Source: the human T2T-CHM13v2.0 reference genome, Homo sapiens. From it: a DNA stretch of 64,000 nt. Position numbers and translations under genes: made by a program. Below are positions 37,956 through 51,225 of the stretch, one piece after another (the first letter of the stretch is position 1; every line of letters begins with the position of its first letter). The stretch lies in assembly GCF_009914755.1 (NCBI RefSeq), contig NC_060926.1; one strand, 5' to 3'. The notes beneath the pieces were generated by a model that saw only the letters and a list, made by a program, of their open reading frames with translations, searched no databases and had not been told where the DNA came from.

Positions 37956-39571
37956 GAAATGCATCTTATATAACCAAGATCTCCCCAGGGTGGCCCAACA
38001 GTACAGCTCAGCTCAGCCCATCCTGTCACTTCGCTGGATGACTGCAGGTGTGAGAAAGGCAATATGCTCAGTCACAGGAAAGGCAGGGGCCCACCCTGGG
38101 GCTGAAACCTGCAGACACAGCGTTCACACAGCTTCTTTGCAAAATACGAAGACTTCATTTTCTTTATACTTAAGATAGTTATACATTTTTTTCTATAATG
38201 TCCCTATGCTATTTAACTATTTTTAATTTTCAGAACTGGTTGTATTTATTATTTCTGTGTTAGGTGCTCTTAGTCACTTATGGCAAGAGTGAGTTAATAG
38301 AGACAACATACAGAGTAGCCATGGAACAATAGAGAAGTGTGTGTATTCAGACAGGATAAAGATCAAAGGGGTGACAAATACATTCTTTTGAGAAGCAGAT
38401 TCTCATAGATCACCACAAGTCAAGGTCCACATTCAAGGTGCAGTGGCGTGTCAGTCACATTGTGCAAATGGTCAGCTCTGCACATTAAACTTGGCTAGCA
38501 CATTGCAGGACCAAAATTACCTGTAAAGGTATGGGGAAAATAAACCATCATGGAAATAACAATTTGAAGGAGTTCTCAATTATTTATACTTGGATATAAA
38601 GCAGAACGCTACAATGAATGAACCTACAACCTAAAACCTTTAAGCCTTTTAAAGAGGTTTCTTTTTGTCAGGGTATTTCTCAGCAAATAATGATAAAAAA
38701 TTTATGGATAAACTACTTGCACAATTAGCCACAATAAATCCCTTCCCTGTACTCATCCTTTGGTTGGCCTCATTCTAAATGGATGCAGGTGTTGCCCATG
38801 TGTCTTGCTCAGGCCAATAGGATAATAGCAGATGTGACACAAGTGGAGTCTTGGAAAGGGCTTGCACATCGAAGCTTTCCTCTCTCTCACAGTGCTTGGA
38901 AACCCTAAGGTCACAATGAGAATAAGCCTGTGCCCATCTACAGTCAATGTCAGTGGCATGGCTGCTCTTCGGTCTACTATTTGTTCTTAAAATGTGTGCT
39001 AAGTTTGTTATGGCCATGTAACAAATTACCACAAATTTATCAGCTTAAGACTACACCCATTTATCATCTCTCAATTTCTGAGTCAGCAGTTGGCACATGG
39101 CTTTGTCGGGTCCTGGCCATTGGATTTCACAAGACTGTGCCACAGTGTAGATTGGGCTTCATTCTCACCTGTGAGTCCCCTGAGAACATAGATACTTTAG
39201 AGCTCTTTCAGGTAGTTGCAGAGCTCATTCCTTAGCATTTCTATGACTCAGGGCTTCAATTTCTAACTGGCTCTTGGCTCAAGGCTGCTCTTAGGTCCAA
39301 GAGGCTGTGGACAATTCCCTGCCATGTGATGCTCACACAGGCAATGCCCACATGGCTGGTTGCTTGTTCATGGTCAGCAGAAGGTTTCAGAGAGTGTCTC
39401 TTTCCAGTCTGCTATGACAGAGGCTTATAGAATACAATCATTGGAAAGACATCTCATAACCTATGACATATCATATGGATTAGAAGCAAGTCTAGGTTCC
39501 GCTTGCTCTCTGTGGAGGTAGATTATACAATTGTGTGATTCACTGGGGAGAGGGTTCTGCTAGGGTGTTCT

Positions 39572-39767
39572 GGCATCTTTAGTTTCCTCAAATATCAGGT
39601 ACTTGTACTGAGTGTGAAATCTGTCCTGTACTTACTGGCATTGACTAGTCCTGTGACCCCTGGGAACATCTTGGGAAGCATACTTTGTAAGAGAGGTTTT
39701 AGGGTAACCTAGCTATTGGAAGCATAACATTTGCAAAATATCCTAATCTTTGTGATTTCTAACATGT
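39572..39767 (-). pseudogene. Degenerate V-kappa fragment (relic, CDR1-FR3)
   Basis: Minus strand reads KYASQDVP-GVTGLVNASKYRTDFTLSTST...ETKDA, resembling [35 protein letters not shown]; ACAGATTTCACACTC at 39624-39610. Confidence 0.62.
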
Positions 39768-40054
39768 CCTCAAGGTTCCTTAATTGCAATTATCATAAGC
39801 CAATTATCTCTAAATATCCGCAAAATTTATATTTAATAGTAGGAAAATGATTTATTAAGGAGTCTATTAAACAAGACTCAGGGAAATGATGTCAACACCC
39901 AATTGCTGCTGCCCACTGCTAGACTATGTGAGACAATTTTCATGAACAATAGAACAGATACTGCATGCTAGACACTTCTGTGAGCACCACTGGCCTGCTA
40001 CCTCTAGAAATGTTTGCAGAACAAGGGCAATTGCTATGAGTCTCAAAATATATA

Positions 40055-41794
40055 TTTTTTTATTATACTTTAAGTTCTAGGGTACAAGTGCACAACGTGC
40101 AGGCTTGATACATAGGGATATATGTGCCATGTTGGTTTGCTGCACCCATCAACTCATCATTTACATTAGGTATTTCTCCTAATGCTATCCCTCCCACTGC
40201 CCCCGACCCCATGACAGGCCCCAGTGTGTGATGTTCCTCACCCTGTGTCCAAATGTTCTCGTTGTTCAATTCCCACCTATGAGTGAGAACATGAGGTGTT
40301 TGGTTTCTTTTCCTTGTGATAGGTTACTGAGAATGATGGTTTCCAGCTTTATCCATGTCCCTGCAAAGGACATGAAATCATCCTTTTTATGGCTGCATAG
40401 TATTCCTTGGTGTATATGTGCCACATTTTCTTAATCCATTATATCATTGATGGACATTTGGGTTGGTTCCAAGTCTTGCTATTGTGAATAGTGGCATGAT
40501 AAACATATGTGTGCATAGTACCATGATTTATAATTCTTTGGGTAGGTACCCAGTAATGGGATTGCTGGGTCAAGTGGTATTTCCAGTTCTTGATCCTTAA
40601 GGAATTGCCACACTGTCTTCCACAATGGTTGAACTAATTTACACTCCCACCACCAGTGTAAAAGCTTTCCTATTTTTCCACATCCTCGCCAGCATCTATT
40701 GTTTCCTGACTTCTTAATGATTGCTATTCTAACTGACGTGAGATGATATCTCACTGTGGTTTTGATTTGCATTTCTCTTATGACCAGTGATGATGAGCAT
40801 TTTTCATGTGTCTGTTGGCTGCATAAATGTCTTCTTTTGAGACGTGTCTGTTCACATCCTTTGCCCAATTTTTGAGGGGGTTGTTTGGTTTTTTTCTTGT
40901 AAATTTGTTTGAGTTCTTTGTAGATTCTGGATATTAGCCCTTTGTCAGATAGGTAGATTGGAAAAATTTTCTCCTATTCTGTAGATTACCTGTTCACTCT
41001 GATGGTAGTTTCTTTTGTCATGCAGAAGCTCTTTAGTTTAATTAGATCCCATTTGTCTATGTTGGCTTTTGTTGCCATTGCTTTGGTGTTTTAGTCATGA
41101 AGTCCTTGCCCATGCCTACGTCCTGAATGGTATTGCCTAGGTGTTCTTCTAGGGTTTTTATGGTTTTAGATCTAACATTTAAGTCTTTAATCCATTTTGA
41201 ATTAAATTTTGTATAAGGTGTAAGTAAGGGATCCAGTTTCAGCTTTCTACATATGGCTAGCCAGTTTTTCCAGCACGATTTATTAAATAGGGAATACTTC
41301 CCCATTTCTTGTTTTTGTCAGGTTTGTCAAAGATCAGATGGCTGTAGATGTGTGGTGTTAATTCTGAGGCCTCTGTTCTGTTCCACTGGTTTGAATCTCT
41401 GTTTTGGTACCAGTACCATGCTGTTTTGGTTACTGTAGCCTTGTAGTATAGTTTGAAGTCAGGTAGTGTGATACCTCCAGCTTTGTTTTTTTTTGCTTAG
41501 GATTGTCTTGGCAATGCGGGCTCTTTTTTGATTCCATATGAACTTTAAAGTAGTTTTTTCCAATTCTGTGAAGAAAGTTATTGGTAGCTTGATGGGGATG
41601 GCATTGAATCTATAAATTACCTTGGGCAGTATGGCCATTTTCACTATATTGATTCTTCCTATCCATGAGCACGGAATGTTCTTCTATGTGTTTTGTGTCC
41701 TCTTTTACTTCGTTGAGCAGTGGCTTGTAGTTCTCCTTGAAGAGGTCCTTCACCTCCCTTGTAAGTTGGATTCCTAGGTATTTTATTCACTTTG
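40055..41794 (-). mobile_element. 5'-truncated L1PA (3' UTR and ORF2 C-terminus)
   Basis: TTTTATTATACTTTAAGTTCTAGGGTAC 3' end; ORF2 peptides [18 protein letters not shown] and CWRGCGKIG. Confidence 0.9.
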
Positions 41795-43807
41795 ACTTAA
41801 TCTGTGAAGTGTATTTAAATTCTCATTCTAGAGAAGAAAAATCCAAAGTACTTGGAAAAGAGAAATCTTGCCATGAGATACACAGTTCTTCAGTTTCAAA
41901 GCAGAGATTATCTCTCAGATATTCTGGCTCATACAATTTTCAGTACACTGCAAGACAGAAGATGTGAAGACAACACTACCCAATTGGCCTTACACTTGCT
42001 TTGCTCACTGTTAACTAAGTTCACTGTAAAAAAAAAAAAAAAGATTACAATAAAACACATTGTCAATGAACTGTCACAAATAAATACATCTTTAGAACCA
42101 CATCCAAAATCCAGACATAGAACATTTCTATAGCTCCAAAACATTTTGACCCACTCTTTTGGAATCAACTTGCTTTCTGCCTCACAGATCAGGGAATTTT
42201 GATCTGCTTCCTGTCAGTACAGATTTCATTTTCCTTGTAAGAGTTTCACATAAATGAAACATAGGATGCGCTCTTTTGTGTCTGGTGACTTTTGTGCAGC
42301 ATGACTCTTTCTCAGATTCATTCAGATGTCCTGTGTTCTAATTATGTGCTCCTCTTTATTTTTGAGTATTATTTAACTGTTCAGTAATTTTATGATGGAT
42401 CCCTTCATCTATTGATTGCCGTGTGGGTTGTTTCCATTTTGGGCTATTATGGATAAAGTTGCTGTGAATGTTCTTGAACAAGACTTTGCATGAACATATG
42501 TCTTCATTTCTTTTGGGCTAATACCAAGGCGTGTAGTTGCTGTGTTTATCAGTAAGTGTTTAATACTCTGTCCGACTTTACCGAAAGTGGCTATAATATT
42601 TTATATGTCCACCAATAACTTATTATAGCTCCACACCCTCCAAAATATTTCAATTTTTTTTTTAAGATTTCACCTAATTGTCACTCAACAGTAACCAGAA
42701 TAGCTAGTGATTATTAAGCTATGTTTTTCTTCCCATTTTCTTGTCAATTTGGGGAATTGATGTGTTACAGGACATTGAGAACAGAATCAATACTGTCCTA
42801 GTTCCCTATCAAACACTTTTATCAAGCCATAATATTTAGGATGGTAACATGATATATAAAGGGAGTGTTGGAGTAGTAATAAGTATTTTCAATACTTATT
42901 ATATTCCATAAAGCAATATATCTTCAATGAAATGGCATTTAACTAGACTTAGCATAGTAAGGTTCTCATCTCAACCCTAGTATTCAGTATTAGCAAAAGT
43001 TTGAGGAAAAAAAATATCCAGCAACATAAGCCAGAGAGTGTTTTGCTAGTCAAGTAGCACTGCAATACTGATGCTCTTCTAATGCCAGCCCTTCACAATA
43101 ATTTCCACTCAGAACATTTGGTTGCCTCCTTGCCTTGTTCTCCTTATGGGACTTCATGCTGAGGGCATGTGGCATCACAGAGGGAGCAGTGCACTTGGGT
43201 GCAGAAATATAGCTTAGTAGATTGTCTGGCCTTAGAGGTGGCTGCAATGGAATACACATTTTCAAGGAAGTTCCCTGTTAAACCTCCTGGTAAACTGATA
43301 GTTAAGACCAGGTGCGGGGACTTATCCCCGTTATCCTAGATGTTTGCAAGATCAAGTAGGGAGGGTAGCAGAAATCTAGGAGTTCAAGACCAGCTTGGAA
43401 AACATAGGGAGACCCCCTCATCTCTAGAAAAAAAACACTGTTTGTTAAGATGTGGTGTGAACAATGGCATCTCTAAGTGATTATTTATTAACATTTGCTG
43501 AGAAAATTAGAAAATAGAACGATGCCTTCTGATCCAATAATATCATAATAAAGATGTGAAGTTTTTAAACTATGGTAAGTATAGAGAACATAAAATTGCC
43601 CATCTTAGCCATTTTCAAGTGTACAGGACAATGGCATTAAGTATAGTCACATTGTTGGGCTAGCATCAATAATATCCATCTCCAGAACTCTTTCCATCTT
43701 CTAGAACTGAAACTCCATAGCCATTAAATGACAACCCCCTCCCCGTTTCCCCTGCTCCCAGTCCCTGGCAACCTGTAATCAAGTTCTGTCTCTATGACAG
43801 TGACTGC

Positions 43808-46800
43808 TGTGAAGCAGGTTTGCTGTGCCCTGGTTACCAACCTGTCAGAGTCCAGGGAGACAGAACAATCATACACAACAAGTTACAAGAATCTAGTTTA
43901 GTATTTACAGGTGACCAGCAAGGCACGGCAGAAGCTGAGGATTTATTGTGGGTCTTTACCCTGAGGCACAGGTAAGTGGGGCTGATGGAATCTTGACTGT
44001 GTGTACCCCTCTTGGACCAGAGCTAAGGAACCCCAGAAAGAAGATGCTCTGGGTTTTAAACCCTGGTGTCACAGGACACATGGAGCTAAAGTACTGGAGG
44101 ACTTAAGTACAGGAGGACAGTACTAGAGGGAGCTGGATCAGAAGCCAGTCTGTTCTGACCTGTCCCTCGCTATTTCAGAATGTTACATTTCCAGCACATT
44201 CTACAATTATTATTGAGAAGTGTAAGAAAGAGAGTGGGGAAAATCAAGTGAGTCCAGGACCATCAGAGGACTGGAGTGAAGTCGTCCCCCAACACAGACA
44301 TCCTCCGTAGAAAGCTATTCCATTTTATACGCCTACCAACCACCGTGAACTGGAGGCACAGGTGTGTCTTGTCAGACGGATGAAGCACCTTGACTGACAC
44401 AATCTCAAAGCAACATCATTGAGACAGAGCCAGAAAAGATTTCACTGGGCCAATGAAAACTACTACCAGAGGCAGAATGATCAGGCCCACCTGAAGCAGT
44501 TATGTAGCCCAGGATCCCATGATCCACAGAAGAAGTTGCTAAAGGGGTGAAAGAAGAATCCTTCAGGTGGGATTTTCTGAATCTGCAGAATCCATTTTCT
44601 GCAATTATGAGCTTGTTTCCAGATCTCCTCTACTTGAATTTCTAGGATACCTGAGGTGTTTATCCAGGTATAGCAGGGGGTATTGGAAATTGTATACATT
44701 CCTCCCAGTTGGGATTTTTTAAAGGTCTAGAGCAACACTGTTATCTTAAACATCCATCCCGATGGAGTTAAGGGATGTCTGCTGGGTTACCAAGGCAGTG
44801 GCTATGGAGGAGGAGCAATATCTGCCATGGTCAGGGACAAGTTCCTTATCATTTCACTTTTTTTCATGAGCACTGACTCCTATACATAGTACCAAAAATA
44901 TCATAAAAGACATAAACCTATCATCTGTTGTACCTTCTGGTAGGTCCCTAGTAAGTCTGAGGTACAGCTTTGGGCTTCAGGCTCTATGATTTACCTAATT
45001 CCAAGGAGCAATATCCAGAGACAACCCCAGCATGCCCAACATGCAGGATCTCACTATTCCACAGATATCCAGAGATGGCATCACATATCCTGCATTTTGG
45101 TCACTCCCAAACCGCTTACAGAGAAAGATGTAGCCCTTGGGTGCATACAGCCCCCCTTTTCCCATTTTTCTTCAATCACTCTGTCATGGTTATGCTGGTA
45201 TTGGTGCGTTCATTAGCCAAGTCTCACTGATAGTAGAGTTGCATGAGCAAAGTTTTGCTCATACAATATTGTCTGTAGACAGAGGGCTAGCATTAGTCCA
45301 GTCCTTGTTTTTATCATTGCCATTGGGATGTTTCTCATCTATGCAATCAAAAAAGTATGGTGCATCAAAATATTAGTCCACCAATGTTTTTTTTAATTGT
45401 GGTCATGACATTCGCCAGAGGCAATTAAGTTAAACAGGGGTCCTCCAGTTTCCTCCCATGTGGCAGGTGTCAGATTCTCACTTTGTGGGCCAGTGCTTGG
45501 GTCCTTTTGATGTACACCTTAGTATTAGGAATGTTGGTGTAATTTACCCTTGGTAGAATGAAAGGGAACCTCTAGTTAATGACAGAATGAGGTCAAGAAT
45601 GGGAGATTCACTATTTTGAAAGATCACCCTGGTGACCTAAAAGAAGCTAACAAAGACATTGTGCTTCTAGGCCTTTGCTGCCTCATTCTTGTCAAAATGC
45701 AGCCTCACAGGTTAATGCATCGTCTCTCACCCATCCCAGGGTCTCAGGTGTCCCCTACCCATCTACAAGGGTTGGGCCGTGTTGGTGTAGGAATGCGGTC
45801 TGGCTGTCCTTGCTCTGTGAACAATCCATTGCCTTTGTCACTTGATCCAGATATTTCAGTCCTGATTGTCCACTCCAGGAAGGGAGATTCTGCCCTGTAA
45901 AAACTGGACATATTTCATAATATCACCAACACTAAAGGGAGGATAAGATGTCCCTGGCACCAGAAGAGGGCCCCTAGCTCCGTGATATTTCTTAGTCTTG
46001 TTATCCATCACTGTGGGATCTTGTAGAAAGGAAGCACCCAGAGGAAACATAATCCTCCTATTAGAGTTAGGGGGCCTGTCTGGGGCATTGTAATGGCCTA
46101 GATTGCAAACCACCCCAGAGCATGTATTCTAAAGGAAAAAAAGAAAAGGAATGGTTAGGAACACTGAAATAGCTTTCACAGGTCCAGACTAATATAAGTG
46201 TCTGCCTGGCCTACCTTTACTTCCACCCAGCTCTGTGTTTCTCAACATGCACTATTTCCCTTTTTGTGGCCCAGGATCTTTAATGTACATATTTCTCTAG
46301 TCAGATGGGATACCACCCCATTAACAGACTTTGTAGATGTCCTTTCTGCATATTGCTGTGTGATTCCACTGATCTAGCATTCACTAGGATCATTGGCCTG
46401 TGGATGCAGGGTGCATGGAAAGTTCATCGTGTTCCATGAGAGTGTGCCTATTGTCACGTTGCTTGGGCAGTGAAAGATGCTCCTTTGTGAGTGAGAAGTC
46501 TCATGGAGTATCCAAAAATATGACATAAATTGCACTCAAGGGTTACCTAGGTAGTCCCAGCATCAAATTCAGCATCATATTTCTTTTTCCTGCAGGTGGA
46601 AAGCTGTGGCCATAGTCCTTTCCTTCACACTGGGGATTCTTTAATAGTCCAGTCTCTCAGTTGCCATTTTCCTGAACAGATGGCAAGGCTGTTGACAATG
46701 GCCGAGGATTTAGTGGATATGTGGCATGGTGCGTTGTTGGGACAGCCTGCATGGCCATTACCACTGAATGTAGTTTTGCCCACTGGGTAGAAAGCCCATG

Positions 46801-48440
46801 TTAAGTTTCAGTTAAAAAAGTGGCCATCCACTGGCTGAATGGTGGCCACACCTAGTGGATCTGTCAGTTAGCATTTTGCTCAGCCTTCAGTGACTCCTGC
46901 CATATGGAAATCTCTGAATCTTGGGCTCCACATGGGCAAATAAAGAGCCAAATTATCACCTACAAGTTATTTGGTCCCTTCTAGCAAGCTCCCCATTTGT
47001 TCATGGAGCCACAGATCCTGTGGGGTCCTGACTAAACCTGATCAAGAATGTGCCATTTCCATTTGATAACATGGCTCTGTTCAGATTGTTCAGTTTTACT
47101 AATGGTGTTTGTAAGTATCTAAGTGAGAATGGACAGCTAAGGGACCAGTGTCACAGTCACACATGGTGCTGAAGCCTTAACATGTTCAGTCTCCATCAGT
47201 GCCTAATAGCAAGCAAGGAGTTGCCATTCAATATAAACACATTCAGTGGCTGATTCAGGCAACTTATGTGTCCTAAGATTGAGAGGCTGGTGCACTCATT
47301 GATAGTTTTCTGTTGCTATACGCTCCACTGAGTATGCATAGAGGTTGTGGATACCTGGACTTCCATCTGGTTAGCAGGCTGTAAAAATCTTAGAGAAGTG
47401 ACTGGGCCAGGCCTTGTTGAACAGATTCCAAGGCTACTGTTGCAAAACGCCTTTTTCAAAGTTGGCAACTTTGTTCATGATTTTGACTAAGGGAACCAAA
47501 AGAACACCCAGGTGAGGTTTATGCCGTCTCCCATTCGCAAAGGGGCCTACCTGCCACTGAGTCTCCTTTTATTCAGTGGGTGCCACAGCGACCAATGTTT
47601 CCAGCTGTTCAGTTGGCATAATAATTAACTATGAGTACACAGCTCACTTTCACTATACATATATTCCTTGATGGAAGTTACAGCATCATACATGATTAGC
47701 GTGTCAGAACCTTCACCACATCTGATAGGGTATCAATTCAATTACCTAGGGTTTGTGTGTCAGTTTTGCTTGACTAAGAATATGTTTTCTCCTTTCTATA
47801 GAGACGGCTGCACCTGTGCAGGTGATAAGATCATGAACTGCACCCTTTGCCTTACTTTTTTGTTGTAAATAATTTGCCCGATTCAATGCCATATTATGGA
47901 AGAATTTCTTAACTGTGATGAAAGCACTTGGAAAATCCTCAAATAATATTTCATGCAGAAATATAACTGAAAGAAAGACAAATGCATATACAGGAAAACA
48001 ACTGCTGCTCTTCTCATGTTGGATGAGGCCTGCTAAAAACACCTGACACCAGCTGTTAGTCTGATCCTTGATGTCTGGTACAATCTTGGGTTATTCTCCT
48101 TGGAAAAGTGGATGCTCAGAAGTGCCAGTATCCCCATGAGTCCCAGTTAACTGAAATTCATATTGTTAAGCCCATGCATGGATAGTCATGACATCAGTTC
48201 ATGAGATTCCCTGGGAAAGCTGGGAAAGGTAACTGATGAAGTCCATGTTTTGAATTATTTTAATTATTTTGAGCTCCTGCTTCTAATGGCCTTTAGATAA
48301 ATATTCACTTGGAAAGGATTTATTTTTTCTACTGGTCCTTTTTTGGAAGGTCCAGTCATATCTCCTCCAGAGTGACTTTGTGTCCAATCCTTCAGATGTG
48401 TTTCTTCTAAGGCCTGATGATCTGTCAAAACCACTAGTCA
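43808..48440 (-). mobile_element. ERVL/class III-type provirus remnant (MER74/MER73-like 3' LTR at about 43808-44280, env TM and pol remnants)
   Basis: LTR end GGTAACCAGGGCACAGCAAACCTGCTTCACA on minus; TM remnant DNSVALD...QLGGMYTISNTPCYTWINTSG near 44650-44780. Confidence 0.65.
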
Positions 48441-48445
48441 AGATA

Positions 48446-51225
48446 GTGATATTGTTGGTAATATCCAGAGCGGGGAGAGGACAATAGTACTCCCAATATT
48501 GCGGGAGGTGTACACCCCTCTTTGTGTTATTGTTCTTAATATCCAGGGGGAAAACAGGATGACGTTACTACCAATATCGTGGGGGGTTTACACCCTCCCT
48601 TGTGAGATTCTTCATAATATCCGGCAGGGGGGTGGATAGGACTATATTATTCCCAATATCGTGGGGGGTGTACACCCCTCTTGTGATATTATTCATAATA
48701 TCCTGGGGGGAGACGACAATATTACTCCCAATATCGTGGGGGGTGTACACCCCTTATTTTGATATTGTTCGTAATATCCAGGGTTGGAGAGGACGCCATT
48801 ACCCCCAGTATTGCGGGGAGTGTACAACCCCCTTGTGATATTGTTCGTAATATCCAGGGAGAGAGGAAGATATTACTCCCAATATCGTGGGGAGTGTACA
48901 CCCCCAACTTGTGATATTGTTCATAATATCCAGGAGGGGAGAGGACGATATTACTCCCAATATCGCCCGGGCTGTACACGCCCCCTTGTGATATTGTTCG
49001 TAATATCCGTGGGGGAAGGGAAGATGGTATTACTTCCAAAATCGTAAACACATTGTGTGTACACCCCCCTGTGATATTGTTCGTAATATTCGGGGTGGGG
49101 GGGAGAGGATGACGTTACTTTAAATATCGTAAACACGTTGTGTGTACACCCCCCCACCCCACGATATTGTTCATAATATCCAGGGAGAGAGAGGAGATGA
49201 TATTACTTTCGATATCGTAAACACGTTGTGTGTACACCCCCCTGTGATATTGTTCGTAATATCCGGGAGAGGAGAGTATGATATTACTCCCAGTATCACG
49301 GAGGGTGTACACCCCCCGTGATATTGTTCATAATGTCCAGTGGGGGAGAGGAGATGTATTACTTTCAATATCGTAAGCAACTTGTGTGTACACCCTCCTT
49401 TGGTATTGTCCATAATATCCAGGGTGGGAGAGGATGATATTACTGGCAATATCTCGGTGGCTTTACACACCCCTGTAATATTGTTCGTTAAGGAGTTAAG
49501 AGGATGATATTACTCCCAGTATCGCGGGGGAGTGCACGCCTCTGTGATATTGTTCATAACATCTTGGGAGAGACAGGAGGAAATTACTCCCAACATCGCG
49601 GGGCATGCACAGCCCCCTGTGATACTGTTCGCAATATCCAGCGGGGAATAGGATGACATTACTCCCAATATTGCCGGGGATGTTCACCCCACTGTAATAT
49701 TTTTCTTAATATTCAGGGGGGAAGGATGATATTAATCATAACACTGCGGGGGGTGTACACCCTTCTGTGATATTGTTCATTGTATCCAGGGATGGTTGGA
49801 GATGATATTACTTTCAATATCGTAAACACCTTGTGTGTACACCCCCCTGTGATATTGTTCCTAATATCCAGTGGGGGAAAGGATAATATTACTCCCAACA
49901 TCTCGGGAAGTGTACACGTCCCTGTGATATTTTTCATAATATCCAGGGGGGCAGAGGATGATATTACTCCCAATTTTGCGGGGGGTGTACAACCCACTGT
50001 GATATTGTCGTAATATGAAGTGGGAGAGAGGATGATGTTACTCCCAATATCGCCGGGAGTGTACACCCCCCTGTGATATTGTTTGTAATATCCAGGGGGG
50101 GATTGGAGGTGATGTTAGTTTCAATATCGTTGACACCTTGTGTGTACACCCGCCTGTGATATTGTTCGTAATATTCAGAGGGGGAGAGGATGATAATACT
50201 CCCAATATTGCGGGGAGTGTACACCACCATGTGATATTGTTCATAATATCCAGAGAGGGGAGAGGATGATATTATGCCCAATATCGTGGGGGGTGTGCCC
50301 CCCCTGTGATATTCTTGGTAATAATCGGGGGGAGATGACATTACTTCCAATATTGTGGGGAATGTACACCCCCTTTTGATATTGTTTGTAACATTTGGAG
50401 GGGAGAGGATGATATTACTCCCAATATAGTGGGGGGTGTAAAATCCCCCTGTGATATTGTTTTTAATATCCGGGGGGATTTGAGATGATATTACTTTAAA
50501 CATCGTAAACACCTTTTGTGTACACCCCCCTGTAATATCGTTCATAATATCCAGGTGGGGAGAGGATGATATTACGCCCAATACCACGGGGTTGTACATA
50601 CCCCTGTGACATTGTTCCTAATATCCAGGGGAGGAGGGGATGATATTATTCCCAATATCTCAGGGAGTGTACACCTCCCTGTGATATTGTTCATAATATC
50701 CAGGGGTGATTGGAGATGATATTACTTTCAATATCATAAACTTTTTGTGTATACACGCCCCTGTCCTATTGTTTGTAATATCCAGGAGGGGAGAGTATGA
50801 TATTACTCCCAATATTGTGGGGGGTGTACACCCTCTTGTGACATTTTTTGTAATATCTGGGAGGGAGAGGATGATCTTACTCCTAGTATTGCAGGTGGCG
50901 TACTCCCTGCCATGATATTGTTTGTAATACACAGGGCTGCCAGGATGATATTACTCCCAATATCTTGGCATTGTACCCTGGCCCAGCATGATGTTGTTGT
51001 TCGTAATACCCAGGCAGGGAGAGGATGATATAACTCCTAATATCACATGCAGTGTACCCCCTCTGTAATATTGTTTGTAATACCCTGTGGTGGAGAAGAT
51101 AATATTATTCTCCATATCAGGGGTGATTTACTCCTCTTTTGTGATATTGTTCCTAGTACCCTGTGGTGGAGAGGATGAAATTGCTCCCAATATCACCACC
51201 GATGTGACATTGTTCATAATACTCA
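48446..51225. repeat. SATR1-like satellite array, about 74-81-bp monomers, about 37 copies
   Basis: Repeating GATATTACTCCCAATATCGCGGGGGGTGTACACCCCCCTGTGATATTGTTCGTAATATCCAGGGGGGAGAGGAT. Confidence 0.9.

Noticed and set aside
38895-38965. Minus-strand HATDIDC...CATTGTG resembling FR3 end plus heptamer
   Set aside because: Lies in MLT1-like LTR sequence with no nonamer; likely coincidence
48568-50932. Many repetitive ORFs (up to 211 aa) in the ORF track
   Set aside because: Translations of the satellite in all frames; no coding evidence
48446-51225. CRISPR-like array (palindromic repeats at regular spacing)
   Set aside because: No unique spacers, monomers are degenerate tandem copies, no cas genes, primate context; it is a satellite
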